Source of the DNA: a virus
Lineage: Duplodnaviria; Caudoviricetes
Length of the DNA: 59,379 nt
IMG/VR virus record: IMGVR_UViG_3300020420_000015
Coordinates: 1 to 59,379 of that record
Direction: 5' to 3' (one strand)
The translations under genes were made by a program, and so were the position numbers. The notes beneath the pieces were generated by a model. That model saw only the letters and a list, made by a program, of their open reading frames with translations. It was not told the origin of the DNA and did no database searches. This document shows, piece after piece, positions 1 through 9,502 of the stretch; the first letter of the stretch is position 1, and the number at the start of each line of letters is the position of its first letter.

Positions 1-77
1 TGCAACACATGACCCGGAATTTCCACCCCGTTGTTTGTTGTCTTCTCATTTATTGTATCTACGAATAATGTTGACAT
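1..77. repeat. Exact 77-bp copy of 58620-58696 (5' end of the gene at 58151..58696)
   Basis: Direct comparison: TGCAACACATGACCCGG...AATGTTGACAT identical; sequences diverge immediately after. Confidence 0.97.
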
Positions 78-80
78 GAT

Positions 81-617
81 TTAACCCACTAAAAACCCAC
101 TAAATGTCGGGTTGTATGCTGCCGATTGTGTATGTGCATAAACGTATTGATTTTCTACATATATCCGCACATAGTCACCAGAATTTAATGTAACACTAAC
201 TGAACAAGACAGATTTGGATAATGATTACCACCTGCTGCATACCCATAACCAGATGCGATTGTAGACCAATTACTACCACTATCTGTAGATTTTTCTATT
301 TTAACCCAACCTTGGTTATCTGCGGGTATCACAGAAGCCGCTGAATTACATCCAAATCCAGTAAATGAAAAATTATAAAACCCAGTTACAGGAACTTCAA
401 ACCTATTATTTGAAGTACTATAATGTGAGCCAACATTAGCAATAACAGTGTTAAAATTATAATGACCAGTTTGGGCAGCAGAAGTAGTTGATTCATATTG
501 TACAACAGAAAACGCTGGCCTAGTAGGAGTTGTAACCCTATCGCCACTGTCAATTACTAACGCATCTGTACTGCCAGCCGCTCTTCTAATCTTATCTACA
601 TTTAGTATCGAAGCCAT
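81..617 (-). CDS. C1q/TNF-like domain tail/receptor-binding protein (allele A)
   Basis: RPAF...FNTVIANVGSHY...RFEVPVTGFYNFSF...LNSGDYVRIY...FSGFLVG is a C1q-type pattern. Confidence 0.8.
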   Translation of the reverse strand: MASILNVDKIRRAAGSTDALVIDSGDRVTTPTRPAFSVVQYESTTSAAQTGHYNFNTVIANVGSHYSTSNNRFEVPVTGFYNFSFTGFGCNSAASVIPADNQGWVKIEKSTDSGSNWSTIASGYGYAAGGNHYPNLSCSVSVTLNSGDYVRIYVENQYVYAHTQSAAYNPTFSGFLVG

Positions 618-624
618 CTGTGCC

Positions 625-1353
625 TCACAGTATTGTCAAATTACCGTTGACGGTAATTGTAGTTGATGAACCTATAGTCAATGGACCAATCGCTAATGCA
701 TTTTTAGTTGATGCTATTGTAGTGTTCTCACTCACACTTTGTCCATTGGTGCGAAACACAGCGGTATCAACTGTGGTATTAGTGGTCTGAAACTGCGTAG
801 CTGTAATCTCAGCCGCAAATGTACCACCACTAGACTTGCTGACTGTATCTGTCACAGTAAAAGCACGGAAGGCACGGATGACTAACTCATCGTTTACCGT
901 TGCACCAGAACTTAGTGTGATTGTGTCACCATTGCTGGCGGTAAAGTCTGAACTATCAAGATGCACACCGTTTAGATATACGTCTACATCGTTACCAGAG
1001 AAGGCCAGTATCGCACCGTTAGCATCCGCACCTGTAAACGCGGTTTGGCTTGCTGTTGCTGTATACTTAAACAACTGCATTGCAAAGCTGGTAGGCTGGT
1101 CTACGGCACGACCAAAGAAGCGTACAGTAATTACATCGCCATTAGCTGGAGCGGCAGAAAAGGTTAGTGTTGTTCCTTGCGCGGTATATGCCTTACCTAT
1201 ACCCGGCTCTTGCACTACGTTACCGATTGTTACAATTAGTGCCTCACCGCTAACAACGCTTTGTGCCAGCGTAAACGCTGTTGCGCTTCCAGTGCCTGTA
1301 AAGGTCTGGAAGCTGATGTCACCTACATTTGGGTCAATGCCTATATATGCCAT
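625..1353 (-). CDS. Tail fibre/virion structural protein (MAYIG-type N-terminus)
   Basis: Thr/Ala/Gly-rich beta repeats (TAFTL...TLTFSAAP..GD); N-terminus paralogous to 1848..2693. Confidence 0.7.
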   Translation of the reverse strand: MAYIGIDPNVGDISFQTFTGTGSATAFTLAQSVVSGEALIVTIGNVVQEPGIGKAYTAQGTTLTFSAAPANGDVITVRFFGRAVDQPTSFAMQLFKYTATASQTAFTGADANGAILAFSGNDVDVYLNGVHLDSSDFTASNGDTITLSSGATVNDELVIRAFRAFTVTDTVSKSSGGTFAAEITATQFQTTNTTVDTAVFRTNGQSVSENTTIASTKNALAIGPLTIGSSTTITVNGNLTIL

Positions 1354-1838
1354 TATCCTACTATTTCCATTAAAGTAATAAAGCTAGTCCAACGGTCACC
1401 TCTTTGACACTGTAGTGGATAACTGGTGCTATAGGACTTCGCCTGTGTTTTATAAGTAACTGCACTTGTAGTACTAGGACTATCTAATTGGCTGTGTGTG
1501 GCATACCCCCTGAAAGATATATCTCCACCTGTGTTCATGTAATTTTGATAGGTATCTGTTACCGCTGAAATATTTGTGCTTCCTCTTAAAATAACTATTG
1601 TCCCGCCGTATCTTTGAAAATAGATATGTTGATTTATCATCACAAAGATTTTGTTTGATGCCGAAGAAGGTGTAATTGATGCAGAAAGATTAGTGTCACT
1701 GAGGGTCGAAGTCGAGCCGTGAGACGAAGCCGTTGTTGTGCTACCTTGTACGACCTGTATAACAGTGCCAGTAGGCATAATCGCAGAGGTAATCGCACCA
1801 GTTGCCAAAGAGTTTGTTTTAATTTTGCTTAATGGCAT
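1353..1838 (-). CDS. Tail-fibre-associated beta protein (G.V[LI]Q...ITP...DSPSTTS.V.Y family)
   Basis: Paralogous to 2693..3295 and 58151..58696. Confidence 0.65.
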   Translation of the reverse strand: MPLSKIKTNSLATGAITSAIMPTGTVIQVVQGSTTTASSHGSTSTLSDTNLSASITPSSASNKIFVMINQHIYFQRYGGTIVILRGSTNISAVTDTYQNYMNTGGDISFRGYATHSQLDSPSTTSAVTYKTQAKSYSTSYPLQCQRGDRWTSFITLMEIVG

Positions 1839-1847
1839 TTCAAACTC

Positions 1848-2693
1848 CTATCCTACTAAAAATCCACTAAAACGAATGTCATAAGTCCCGCTATTATCTC
1901 CATAAAGATAACCGTTGGCGACATTTACGCGAATATAATCTCCAGACGTCAACTCTATAGTTCCTGAACAAGCCATATTAGGATAGCTGGTAGTACTATT
2001 AAAATAAGCATAACTATGAGTAAAAACTGTATAACTAGAGCCAGTATTTGTTGAGCGTTCAAGTTGAACTTTAACCGCCGATTGGGCGGCTACTTGACCG
2101 CCACCTGAATTACACCCTAAGGCAGAAAAATTAAAGTTATAAATGCCAGCGATAGGCACAACAAACCTATCGTTAGATATGTCAAAATGTGAACCAACAT
2201 TTGTGTGCACTGTATTAAAATTAATAACACCAGTAAAAGCTGATGTGCTAGATGAATCTTGAGCTACAAAAAAAGCTGGCCTTGCTGGCGTAAGTATGCG
2301 GCCAGTGCTATCAATCGTCATGGCTGTATTAGTGCCGCTACTGTCCTTTATCGTTGGAACATTCAAACTAGTAAACGTACCTGTGGTAGCGGACAATGCC
2401 TGATTAGGGTCATGCTCCAGCCGTGTTGTTACTTCTGCCTGACCGCGATAGATAACGTACACGTTACCTGTGCCAGAGGGCGGTGCTTCATCAAACGTCA
2501 GGGTAGTTCCTGTGGCTGTGTATGACTTACCAGAACCGGGTTCCTGTTGCACGTTGTCAACGAATACCTCAAGCTCTTCACCAGTGTTCACAGCGCGGTT
2601 AAGTGTGAACGCGGTCGCCGAACCTGTGCCGTTGAAGGACTGGCTCGTTGTCTTTGTCAGAGATTTGTTTGGTTGTGCGCCGATGTATGCCAT
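1848..2693 (-). CDS. Tail fibre protein: MAYIG N-terminal module plus C-terminal C1q-like domain
   Basis: N-terminus like 625..1353; C-terminus RPAF...FNTVHTNVGSHF...GIYNFNF...FSGFLVG like 81..617. Confidence 0.75.
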   Translation of the reverse strand: MAYIGAQPNKSLTKTTSQSFNGTGSATAFTLNRAVNTGEELEVFVDNVQQEPGSGKSYTATGTTLTFDEAPPSGTGNVYVIYRGQAEVTTRLEHDPNQALSATTGTFTSLNVPTIKDSSGTNTAMTIDSTGRILTPARPAFFVAQDSSSTSAFTGVINFNTVHTNVGSHFDISNDRFVVPIAGIYNFNFSALGCNSGGGQVAAQSAVKVQLERSTNTGSSYTVFTHSYAYFNSTTSYPNMACSGTIELTSGDYIRVNVANGYLYGDNSGTYDIRFSGFLVG

Positions 2694-3295
2694 TATACTG
2701 CTATCTCTGTTACGCTGATAAATGATGTGCCTCTTTCATATTGATAACCATCCGAATCTGATACAGTTCTATTAGTGTACCATGCATAATTTGTACCGCT
2801 TCCTTGATAAACCCCTACTTTATACGTCACTTGAGAAGTCGTTGAGGGTGTATCAAAGTAGCTGTAAATTACGTGTTCTGGCGTAGACCCTGCATTGGCA
2901 GCTTCATAAGTTAAAGATGTACCCATAAGAACACCTACTGCTCTGCCGCTAGCCGCTGGCGCACTTAACTTTGTTGAATCTCTATAAAAAAACCAAACTG
3001 AATTATATTTAGGAGAGTCCGCCGCCCACTCACCGTTTACCATTGCATCGATTCTTATAATGCTACTGGTTGATGTGGGAGTGATATTTACCGTTAAATG
3101 ACTAAATGCTACATCTGTTTGAGTTGCACAAGTAGTAGAGGTTGTGTCCGTGTACTGTGTGCGTTGTATTTGCAACACAGTGCCAGCAGGCATGGAAGCA
3201 GAGGTGATTGCACCGCTTGCTAACTGACTCGAACCTACAGAATTAGCGGGTAAAGAGGCTATTTGATTTGCGCCTATTGTACTTAATGCCATCAA
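2693..3295 (-). CDS. Tail-fibre-associated beta protein (VLQ family)
   Basis: GTVLQ...ITPTSTSS...DTPSTTSQVTYK...ISVTEI; paralogue of 1353..1838. Confidence 0.65.
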   Translation of the reverse strand: MMALSTIGANQIASLPANSVGSSQLASGAITSASMPAGTVLQIQRTQYTDTTSTTCATQTDVAFSHLTVNITPTSTSSIIRIDAMVNGEWAADSPKYNSVWFFYRDSTKLSAPAASGRAVGVLMGTSLTYEAANAGSTPEHVIYSYFDTPSTTSQVTYKVGVYQGSGTNYAWYTNRTVSDSDGYQYERGTSFISVTEIAV

Positions 3296-3621
3296 GTAAT
3301 CTCCAGTACAGACAGGGTAACATCAGCCGCTGATGCTTGACTTGCTGTTATTCTCAAGATGTCAGAAGCATTCATCACAATCTTTTGGTCGCCGCCAACT
3401 GCTACCAATGATGAACCAACAGGAACAATAGCTGATTTTACAATGTGAACATTGTCGCCATCGTTATTGATTAACTGTACATTTACCGTAATTGACACTG
3501 TTAATATATTGGCAATGTTCAAGCCGATGATTGTTGTTTCTGTCGCGCTGGGGCAGGTGTAAACATCTGCGTTGGATGTCCCTACTGCGGTGTCTGTAAA
3601 TGTTTTAAATGCGTTAGCCAT
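3292..3621 (-). CDS. Small virion structural protein
   Basis: Translationally coupled in structural operon; beta-rich. Confidence 0.6.
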   Translation of the reverse strand: MANAFKTFTDTAVGTSNADVYTCPSATETTIIGLNIANILTVSITVNVQLINNDGDNVHIVKSAIVPVGSSLVAVGGDQKIVMNASDILRITASQASAADVTLSVLEIT

Positions 3622-3625
3622 TTTT

Positions 3626-4006
3626 CTATCCCAATGCTATTGCGAATGCCAATGCATTCGGGTCTTGTTCTGTAAAACCTTGCACCGCATTACTTGCATC
3701 CAAGAACACAGCCTTTTCTGCTGGCAACGTGCAGAAAATAGTGCGAGTTCCTGATGTCCAATTAACAGCGCTATCAGAGTTACTGGACTGCAATATTGTG
3801 GTACGGGCCAAGAGTGTGCCAGATGCAGTGTAGGTTCCAATGCCAATCTCAAAGTCAGTTCCGTCCGTGCAGGCATAATAGGTAGTGTTACTATTACCTA
3901 TTTGACTAAACGCCTCAAAACCAGTTACCGCACCAGCAAGCGTATAAGTGCCTGTTCCGGTGGTGGTAGTAGTTTCTTTTATTCTGTCTTTAAGAACAAG
4001 CGCCAT
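3626..4006 (-). CDS. Virion structural/fibre anchor protein
   Basis: MALVLKDRIKETTTTTGTG...EIGIGTY motif; ends AFAIALG; operon context. Confidence 0.6.
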   Translation of the reverse strand: MALVLKDRIKETTTTTGTGTYTLAGAVTGFEAFSQIGNSNTTYYACTDGTDFEIGIGTYTASGTLLARTTILQSSNSDSAVNWTSGTRTIFCTLPAEKAVFLDASNAVQGFTEQDPNALAFAIALG

Positions 4007-4479
4007 TACTTTAACTCAATTTCAAGATTCCCAGCGTTGATACGGAAGATATCGCCCGTAGCGATAGTCTTTGACGCATCTAATGCACCGATAAACAGGA
4101 CATTGCCGCCACTGCCTTCTGTCACCAAACTGGCGCTTGCATGAGTCGCTATAAATGCGTGTGTGACCGTATTGCTTGTTCCGCCTGATGCTGCAAACTC
4201 TATATTGTTAGTGTTTGTAGCTTTTTGTGCTTCAGTGGTATCTGACGTTACGGTCCAGTTTGCCGCTGTAACTTGCAATCGGGCATAGTTTGTGAAGGTG
4301 GCCTCTGTAATTACAGGAGCGTCTGTTTCACCAGAGGTATTATTAAAGTTAGATACCGCTGTTGCCAGCCCAACATATATGCTGTCACCGGGGGTTGAAA
4401 AGGAACCAGCGTTATTCTTGAACAAAAAGTTAAGTAACTTATTCTCAAGAAACGTGGTTGCCGCGTTACTCGTTGCCAT
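4006..4479 (-). CDS. Virion structural protein
   Basis: LENKLLN...IYVGL...YAR...GNVLF...KTIATGD pattern of phage tail proteins. Confidence 0.6.
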   Translation of the reverse strand: MATSNAATTFLENKLLNFLFKNNAGSFSTPGDSIYVGLATAVSNFNNTSGETDAPVITEATFTNYARLQVTAANWTVTSDTTEAQKATNTNNIEFAASGGTSNTVTHAFIATHASASLVTEGSGGNVLFIGALDASKTIATGDIFRINAGNLEIELK

Positions 4480-4489
4480 TTCTTACTCC

Positions 4490-5164
4490 TTATGTGCGAG
4501 GACGCTTTGGCAATCCCTGCCTATATGCGTCATCATTTTCTCTTGCCTCAGCAAGGTCTTTTAATCTTGTCATTGCCTCTTGGAAACGACCCTCATACAT
4601 GGATATAACATCCTGCTCACCCTTCATGTAAATATACGCCTCTATCAAAGAACCGTAAAGAAGGGCATTGGAAGCGTTTTTGCTTAACCATGTATACTCA
4701 CTGTTTGCGCCAGCAGTCAGGCTTGCTGGTCGATAGTAATAATGCAACTCCACAGTATATGCTTGGTCCGGCGTTGGACCCAGTATGAAGTTTGCCTGAA
4801 CCTGACCTGAAGATGTCGCGGTGGCATCAAAGAAAGCGTAATATTTAGGAACGCCTGTTGTTGCCCTGTTGGGATACGCCTCTCTAATAAAATTAACGTC
4901 TTTTTCTATTAAGAAGTTTTCACTGCTTGCAGTGGTTATGAATAAAGAAAACGGAGCGAGAAAGTCTGCTGGGGTAGAAAGATACTCGTTATTTTGAGTA
5001 AGTGCAGATGTGGCGTTCTTTCTAAAGTTTTCTAAATCTACGTTTGAAAAAATGCGGTCTTCAGCAGAGCGAATAAAAACAGGCAGGTTTGTTACAAAAC
5101 CTGTTTCGTCATTCTCAGTAAAATCTTGTATAGCCTGCTTTAGCTCTGAATACGAATAAGACAT
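4490..5164 (-). CDS. Putative head-tail adaptor protein
   Basis: YSELKQAIQDF...FIRSAEDRI...G.PKYY...PTPDQAY...LLYGSL pattern. Confidence 0.6.
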   Translation of the reverse strand: MSYSYSELKQAIQDFTENDETGFVTNLPVFIRSAEDRIFSNVDLENFRKNATSALTQNNEYLSTPADFLAPFSLFITTASSENFLIEKDVNFIREAYPNRATTGVPKYYAFFDATATSSGQVQANFILGPTPDQAYTVELHYYYRPASLTAGANSEYTWLSKNASNALLYGSLIEAYIYMKGEQDVISMYEGRFQEAMTRLKDLAEARENDDAYRQGLPKRPRT

Positions 5165-5583
5165 TAATCAATCCTGACTACCGCTGTTCCTGACGCCGCT
5201 GCGGGTATTGTTATTGCAAAAGTACCAGATGATACTGTTTGGTCGCCGCCAAAAGCAAAAGCTGCCACTGCTTTGTTTGATTTGCTAGAGTTATAAATAA
5301 GTGCGCCATTTGCAGTAAATGAAGCGCTTGTCCAAGAGGGGTCATTAAAATCCACAAAAGCAGATGTTCCGTCTGTGGTTGGCGCAACTACGGTCAACGC
5401 AACCCCGCCAGCGCTATACCCTGAACCGGAAATCTCGTTAGATGTGGAGTAAGCGGTGGTAGAAGCTCCTAGACTCGCGCTGCTAGTAAACAGAGCAATC
5501 TTAAATGTATCTGATGTAAAATCATGTGTCGCTTCAAAAAGCTCTTTTTTAAAACTTGTACACATCGCTGTAGTTATAGCCAT
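5164..5583 (-). CDS. Virion structural protein
   Basis: MAITTAMCTSFKKEL...FKIALF...GYSAGG...ALIYN; operon context. Confidence 0.6.
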   Translation of the reverse strand: MAITTAMCTSFKKELFEATHDFTSDTFKIALFTSSASLGASTTAYSTSNEISGSGYSAGGVALTVVAPTTDGTSAFVDFNDPSWTSASFTANGALIYNSSKSNKAVAAFAFGGDQTVSSGTFAITIPAAASGTAVVRID

Positions 5584-5595
5584 TTTAAAATCTCA

Positions 5596-6249
5596 TCATA
5601 CTATTGTTATATTTCCAACCATGGCGCTATGGTTAGTACACTGATACACCAAAGATGTATCACTTGGTTCGTGCGGGACAATAAACTGTGTCAGTCCAGT
5701 GGTGGAGTTATAATTTTCTGTCACCCCTGTTGTAAAGGCAGAACCGCCATTAGATGTTCTAATTTGCAAGGGATGGCTTGATACATTAGCTGTATTATCA
5801 ATTAAGTAGGTATGACCCTTGTAGAAAGTAAAGTTCGGGTTGTTGCCTGATGTCGCGCCGGGGCCAGTAAACGTATACGCCGAACTTCCGCTAGTGCCAG
5901 CGGTGTACTTTGTAACAGGCCCAGTAGTCTCATCATTCAATCGTATCCAATTACCGCCATGAGCAAAGTACAAACCCCCTGTAGCGTGAACATGAGCTAC
6001 AGCCCCATGATAAGTTGATGCGCTTGGTAAGTCACTTAAAGCAGCATAATAGAAAACAATCTTATTTGCGCCAGAGCTAACATCAAAGAGGCCATTAGCA
6101 TCTATGATATCAGTTAGCACACTGGAACTGTTTCCCAATGCCGCATAAATCTCATTGAAGTTATCGTTTATTTTATCCGCTCCAACACGAAGTGTATCGC
6201 CACTTCCATCATTTGCGCTTGAGCCAATTCCTACTGTTTGCTTTGCCAT
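5596..6249 (-). CDS. Structural protein with T4 gp9/gp10-like N-terminal motif
   Basis: MAKQTVGIGSSANDGSGDTLR...KINDNFNEIY; C-terminal YQCTNHSAMVG domain. Confidence 0.65.
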   Translation of the reverse strand: MAKQTVGIGSSANDGSGDTLRVGADKINDNFNEIYAALGNSSSVLTDIIDANGLFDVSSGANKIVFYYAALSDLPSASTYHGAVAHVHATGGLYFAHGGNWIRLNDETTGPVTKYTAGTSGSSAYTFTGPGATSGNNPNFTFYKGHTYLIDNTANVSSHPLQIRTSNGGSAFTTGVTENYNSTTGLTQFIVPHEPSDTSLVYQCTNHSAMVGNITIV

Positions 6250-6720
6250 TTACCCCTCGTCAAAGGTTTTGTTTGTAGAGTCAAGTGTAACACTTGTAGA
6301 GTCATAGGTCGATGCTGCGCCTATTGACATATTACCAGCACTACCCACACCAAATACCGCACTAAGCTGCAAGGAAACATTCTGTGCAGGAACGGGCGCT
6401 CCACTTGTTGTTACTTCGCCAACCCTTCCAATGCCAAATCCAACATTAACTTGCGTTAAAGTAGATACATCAAATGTCGGAAACGTAATTGTAACCGAAT
6501 CTGAGAATCTATCTGGCCTTGCATTGGACAATGATTGAGGGTCGTTAATTCTAATCCGCCCAAGAAAGTTTTGGGGGTGGTCTGGGTCAGCAACATCATT
6601 GCCGACCCTTAGACCAGTTTTAACGCCATTACGAAACTCAAAAACAAGGTCTGATAATTTATACCTAAACCCTGTTTTATCGCAAAAGCCAAACGCGTAT
6701 TTTCCTCTAGCTAACGGCAT
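6250..6720 (-). CDS. Conserved structural-region protein with acidic C-terminal tail
   Basis: GKYAFGFCDKTGFRY...DPDHPQ; ends TYDSTSVTLDSTNKTFDEG. Confidence 0.6.
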   Translation of the reverse strand: MPLARGKYAFGFCDKTGFRYKLSDLVFEFRNGVKTGLRVGNDVADPDHPQNFLGRIRINDPQSLSNARPDRFSDSVTITFPTFDVSTLTQVNVGFGIGRVGEVTTSGAPVPAQNVSLQLSAVFGVGSAGNMSIGAASTYDSTSVTLDSTNKTFDEG

Positions 6721-6723
6721 TTA

Positions 6724-7494
6724 TTATCCTGCGCGAGTAAATCGCTTGCCCTTTGTGGCCGCACCAGCGCCACGAACCATACCACCAGATTTGTACCCTA
6801 GTCCTTTTTTCATCATGCCGCCTGCTCCTTTTCTGCCGACCCGCCGAGAAACCTTAGTTGGCTTCTTCTTATTAGCTGCCTTCATTTGAGCAATTAACGC
6901 GTCCTTTTTTACCTTTGGCACAGCGGAACGAGCGTCTTTTACCGTCGCCGCCTTCTTAGGCGTTGGAGTGGTTTGAGCGCCAGTATTCTTGGCCTCATTA
7001 CGCATAGCGCTAGTTACTGCGCGTTGCTGTCCTTTGTCCTTAGACCTCATCATGTTCATTTGGGTTTTAGACATACGGGCGTATGGATTTTTAGTTTTAG
7101 TATTGCCCGGAACGCTTCCTGCTTTAGGCATTTTAATCTTTTGACCTATGCGAATTTGATTAGCATTTTTAATGCCGGGGTTAGCTGTAAGAAGGGCCTG
7201 TATCGAAGTGTTATTATCTTTTGCAATTTGAGATAAGGTCATGCCCTTCTTTACTTCTACAGGACCACCCTTATTCATCTTGCCAATACCATCTGCGGCA
7301 AAGAACGGAACCTTCTTGCCGTCTTTTTCCACCATCTTTAGTTTACCGCCACCCTTTTTACGAGTCATATTTCGGCCTGTGGTGCGCTCTGTATTCATTG
7401 GGTGCTTTGGATTTGCGTGACGAGGACGTGAAGGAGGAGCCTTTGGCAACTTCTTCTTTTTCTTTTCGCCCTTTGGATTGTATTTCATTGGCAT
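6724..7494 (-). CDS. Highly basic protein containing a LysM domain
   Basis: VKKGMTLSQIAKDNNTSIQALLTANPGIKNANQIRIGQKIKMP matches LysM; Lys/Arg-rich flanks. Confidence 0.8.
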   Translation of the reverse strand: MPMKYNPKGEKKKKKLPKAPPSRPRHANPKHPMNTERTTGRNMTRKKGGGKLKMVEKDGKKVPFFAADGIGKMNKGGPVEVKKGMTLSQIAKDNNTSIQALLTANPGIKNANQIRIGQKIKMPKAGSVPGNTKTKNPYARMSKTQMNMMRSKDKGQQRAVTSAMRNEAKNTGAQTTPTPKKAATVKDARSAVPKVKKDALIAQMKAANKKKPTKVSRRVGRKGAGGMMKKGLGYKSGGMVRGAGAATKGKRFTRAG

Positions 7495-7495
7495 A

Positions 7496-8173
7496 TTAGC
7501 CTCCTAAGTAAAACGTGTCGTATGGCACGAACTTGATTGACGATGAGTCTGAGTCTTCCCCTGCGGCAAGCTCAAATTGAAACTCATACTCTTGTTTAAG
7601 CGGAGCCACACGCGCCGCCACTTCTGGCCTTTTCATAGCAATGTAATAGGCCAAACCTGACACCAGACACGGAATAAACCGTGGCGGTACATCTGCACTT
7701 GTTCCTATCCCAGACGAGACGCCAGAGATTCCACGAAGGCGGTAATACGAGAGAGTATATGTGCTATCGTCCGGAACAGGCCAGAGAGTAACATTGACAG
7801 CCGTTGCTTGACGGTCAACAAATATTTGAGAGGGACGTCCCTGAGTGTTCTTTGAAGATTGTTGAGCATACGTTGAAACGCTGATACGGTCCAAATTCGT
7901 ATCCACCTGACTCGTACCCGTGCCTGTTCTAATTTGATGTTCAATGAGGTCAATAGTGTCTGTAGGCATAGCATAAGTTGCTGTGCCTGACGTAAGAGAT
8001 AAAGTACCCCCGTCAATAGTCCAGAGATTAAGCCCACGGTTCTGCCACTCCAATGTTAATAGGTTAAGGCTACGCCTAACTGTTTTAAGGTCGTAGCCAG
8101 TTGTCATTTGAAGACCTGCACGTTCAAACGCTTCATCAAATAGTTCTGGTAGGTCTGGTGTTACTACAGACAT
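7496..8173 (-). CDS. Putative head-tail connector/adaptor
   Basis: EAFERAG...RRSLNLL..EW.NRGLNLW...GRPSQ...LWPVPD...GLAYYIA. Confidence 0.6.
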   Translation of the reverse strand: MSVVTPDLPELFDEAFERAGLQMTTGYDLKTVRRSLNLLTLEWQNRGLNLWTIDGGTLSLTSGTATYAMPTDTIDLIEHQIRTGTGTSQVDTNLDRISVSTYAQQSSKNTQGRPSQIFVDRQATAVNVTLWPVPDDSTYTLSYYRLRGISGVSSGIGTSADVPPRFIPCLVSGLAYYIAMKRPEVAARVAPLKQEYEFQFELAAGEDSDSSSIKFVPYDTFYLGG

Positions 8174-8433
8174 TATTTGACCTTTCTGTGCGGCTTCACT
8201 TTAGCTCGTATTTTTTTAGGCTGTTTTGAGAATTGCTTACCAGCCTTAGTTGCTTTTCGTTTAGCACGGGTTGTTGCCGCGTACTCTTGGGGCGATAGGG
8301 ACTTGATGGCACTTGAAGGTAGATATCTCTCCCCGGTTGCTTTTGGACCCTGTGTCGATGGCTTCCCACTTTTAGTTCTCCATTTTTGTTTCGTCCAAGC
8401 CTTTAGACTTCTTTGCGATTTCTTTAACGCCAT
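8173..8433 (-). CDS. Small basic protein
   Basis: SLKAWTKQKWRTKSGKPS...ERYLP; very Lys-rich; coupled to neighbour. Confidence 0.65.
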   Translation of the reverse strand: MALKKSQRSLKAWTKQKWRTKSGKPSTQGPKATGERYLPSSAIKSLSPQEYAATTRAKRKATKAGKQFSKQPKKIRAKVKPHRKVK

Positions 8434-8435
8434 AT

Positions 8436-8909
8436 TTATCCCCTTGTAGCAAAGTATATCACAGATAACAGAGCTATCACCATAAAGCCTAGCGCAAGAA
8501 AAGCTGTTACAGATGTCTCCACCATTTGTTCAAACTCCAATTTCTTTTTCATCTTTTCTTTTTTTGCCTGTTCTTCAGCCTCTTTTGCCTCTCTAATTCT
8601 TCTTGCTCTTTCATTTATTATACCAGCCCAAGTGCCATGGCCAAACCTCATGTCAATAAGGCTACGCATTTCATCTAAGTGTTCTTCTGCCAATTTTGCA
8701 TTAATGGTTTCCTCAGCTATAGACTTAACACTAAACGGGTCATTTGATGCATCACGCTTCGCTTTATTCGCCTCGTCCCGACCCTGTAACAATTTATCTA
8801 CATAGCCAGCTATCTGACCTATGTCGTTTGTTGTTGAGATGGCGGACTTAATACCATCAACAGCGCTTTTAACTAATGCGATTCCTGCGAGAGCTTCTGC
8901 GACAACCAT
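8436..8909 (-). CDS. Coiled-coil protein with C-terminal transmembrane helix
   Basis: Hydrophobic C-terminal segment; charged helical middle. Confidence 0.65.
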   Translation of the reverse strand: MVVAEALAGIALVKSAVDGIKSAISTTNDIGQIAGYVDKLLQGRDEANKAKRDASNDPFSVKSIAEETINAKLAEEHLDEMRSLIDMRFGHGTWAGIINERARRIREAKEAEEQAKKEKMKKKLEFEQMVETSVTAFLALGFMVIALLSVIYFATRG

Positions 8910-8924
8910 TTTTATGCAACCTCA

Positions 8925-9239
8925 TTATCTGGTTCGTTTAACTCTCCCTGTTCCCTTTTTATTAGACCGTCTAATCGCCTCTTTGCCCTGTTTAAATATT
9001 CTAGCGACTTCTGATTTCCCCATAACTTTGGCTCTTTGCTCGCCAACCGTTAGTATCTGTATCTTTCTAGCGTAGGGCTTATTAATCTTTTTAACCTTGG
9101 CCACAGTTGCCCTAGCATCAGCAGGTGTAGCAAACTTTATACCGACAGTATCTTTTGGATTCTCATCTGTATAAAGCCTGCGACCACTCCCCTTTGGCTT
9201 TTTACCTGTTCCTACTTTTGGGTCTGGTTTCTTTGCCAT
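8925..9239 (-). CDS. Small basic protein
   Basis: KKPKGSGRRLYTDENPKDTV; Lys-rich. Confidence 0.65.
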   Translation of the reverse strand: MAKKPDPKVGTGKKPKGSGRRLYTDENPKDTVGIKFATPADARATVAKVKKINKPYARKIQILTVGEQRAKVMGKSEVARIFKQGKEAIRRSNKKGTGRVKRTR

Positions 9240-9502
9240 TAGTTTTTATAACCGCCCCCTGCTTTTTTATAAGCAGAGGCTAGCATTTGCGCTTTTCTTG
9301 CTGACCACTGTCCCGGAGCGCCGCCTTTTCCGCCTGCTTTAATCCTATTAAATATACGCTTTCTCATGCCCGGCTTTGTGTAGTTTCCAGCCTCGTTTAC
9401 TTTTGACTTTGTTTTACCTCCAGCTTTCATGGCTACTGGCTTCTTGCGCCCTTGAGCGCACCTCATTTTTGCCGCTCTCATGCTCTTTCTCCTTGGCAAC
9501 AA
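9239..9502 (-). CDS. Small basic protein (DUF5872-like); true start may be internal
   Basis: NYTKPGMRKRIF..IKAGGKGGAPGQWSARKAQMLA..YKKAGGGY. Confidence 0.65.
   Translation of the reverse strand: MLPRRKSMRAAKMRCAQGRKKPVAMKAGGKTKSKVNEAGNYTKPGMRKRIFNRIKAGGKGGAPGQWSARKAQMLASAYKKAGGGYKN

Noticed and set aside
1-77. Biological direct terminal repeat
   Set aside because: The partner copy is internal (58620-58696), lies within a tail gene and equals a common assembler k-mer; better explained as an assembly junction.
836-1378. Long + strand ORFs antisense to structural genes (also 10947..11378, 39193..39648, 42958..43380 and others)
   Set aside because: Shadow frames of well-supported minus-strand genes; no SD or recognisable motifs.
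81-3295. Diversity-generating retroelement or invertible shufflon acting on the adhesin array
   Set aside because: No reverse transcriptase or invertase, no adenine-specific template/variable repeat pair, and all modules are co-oriented.
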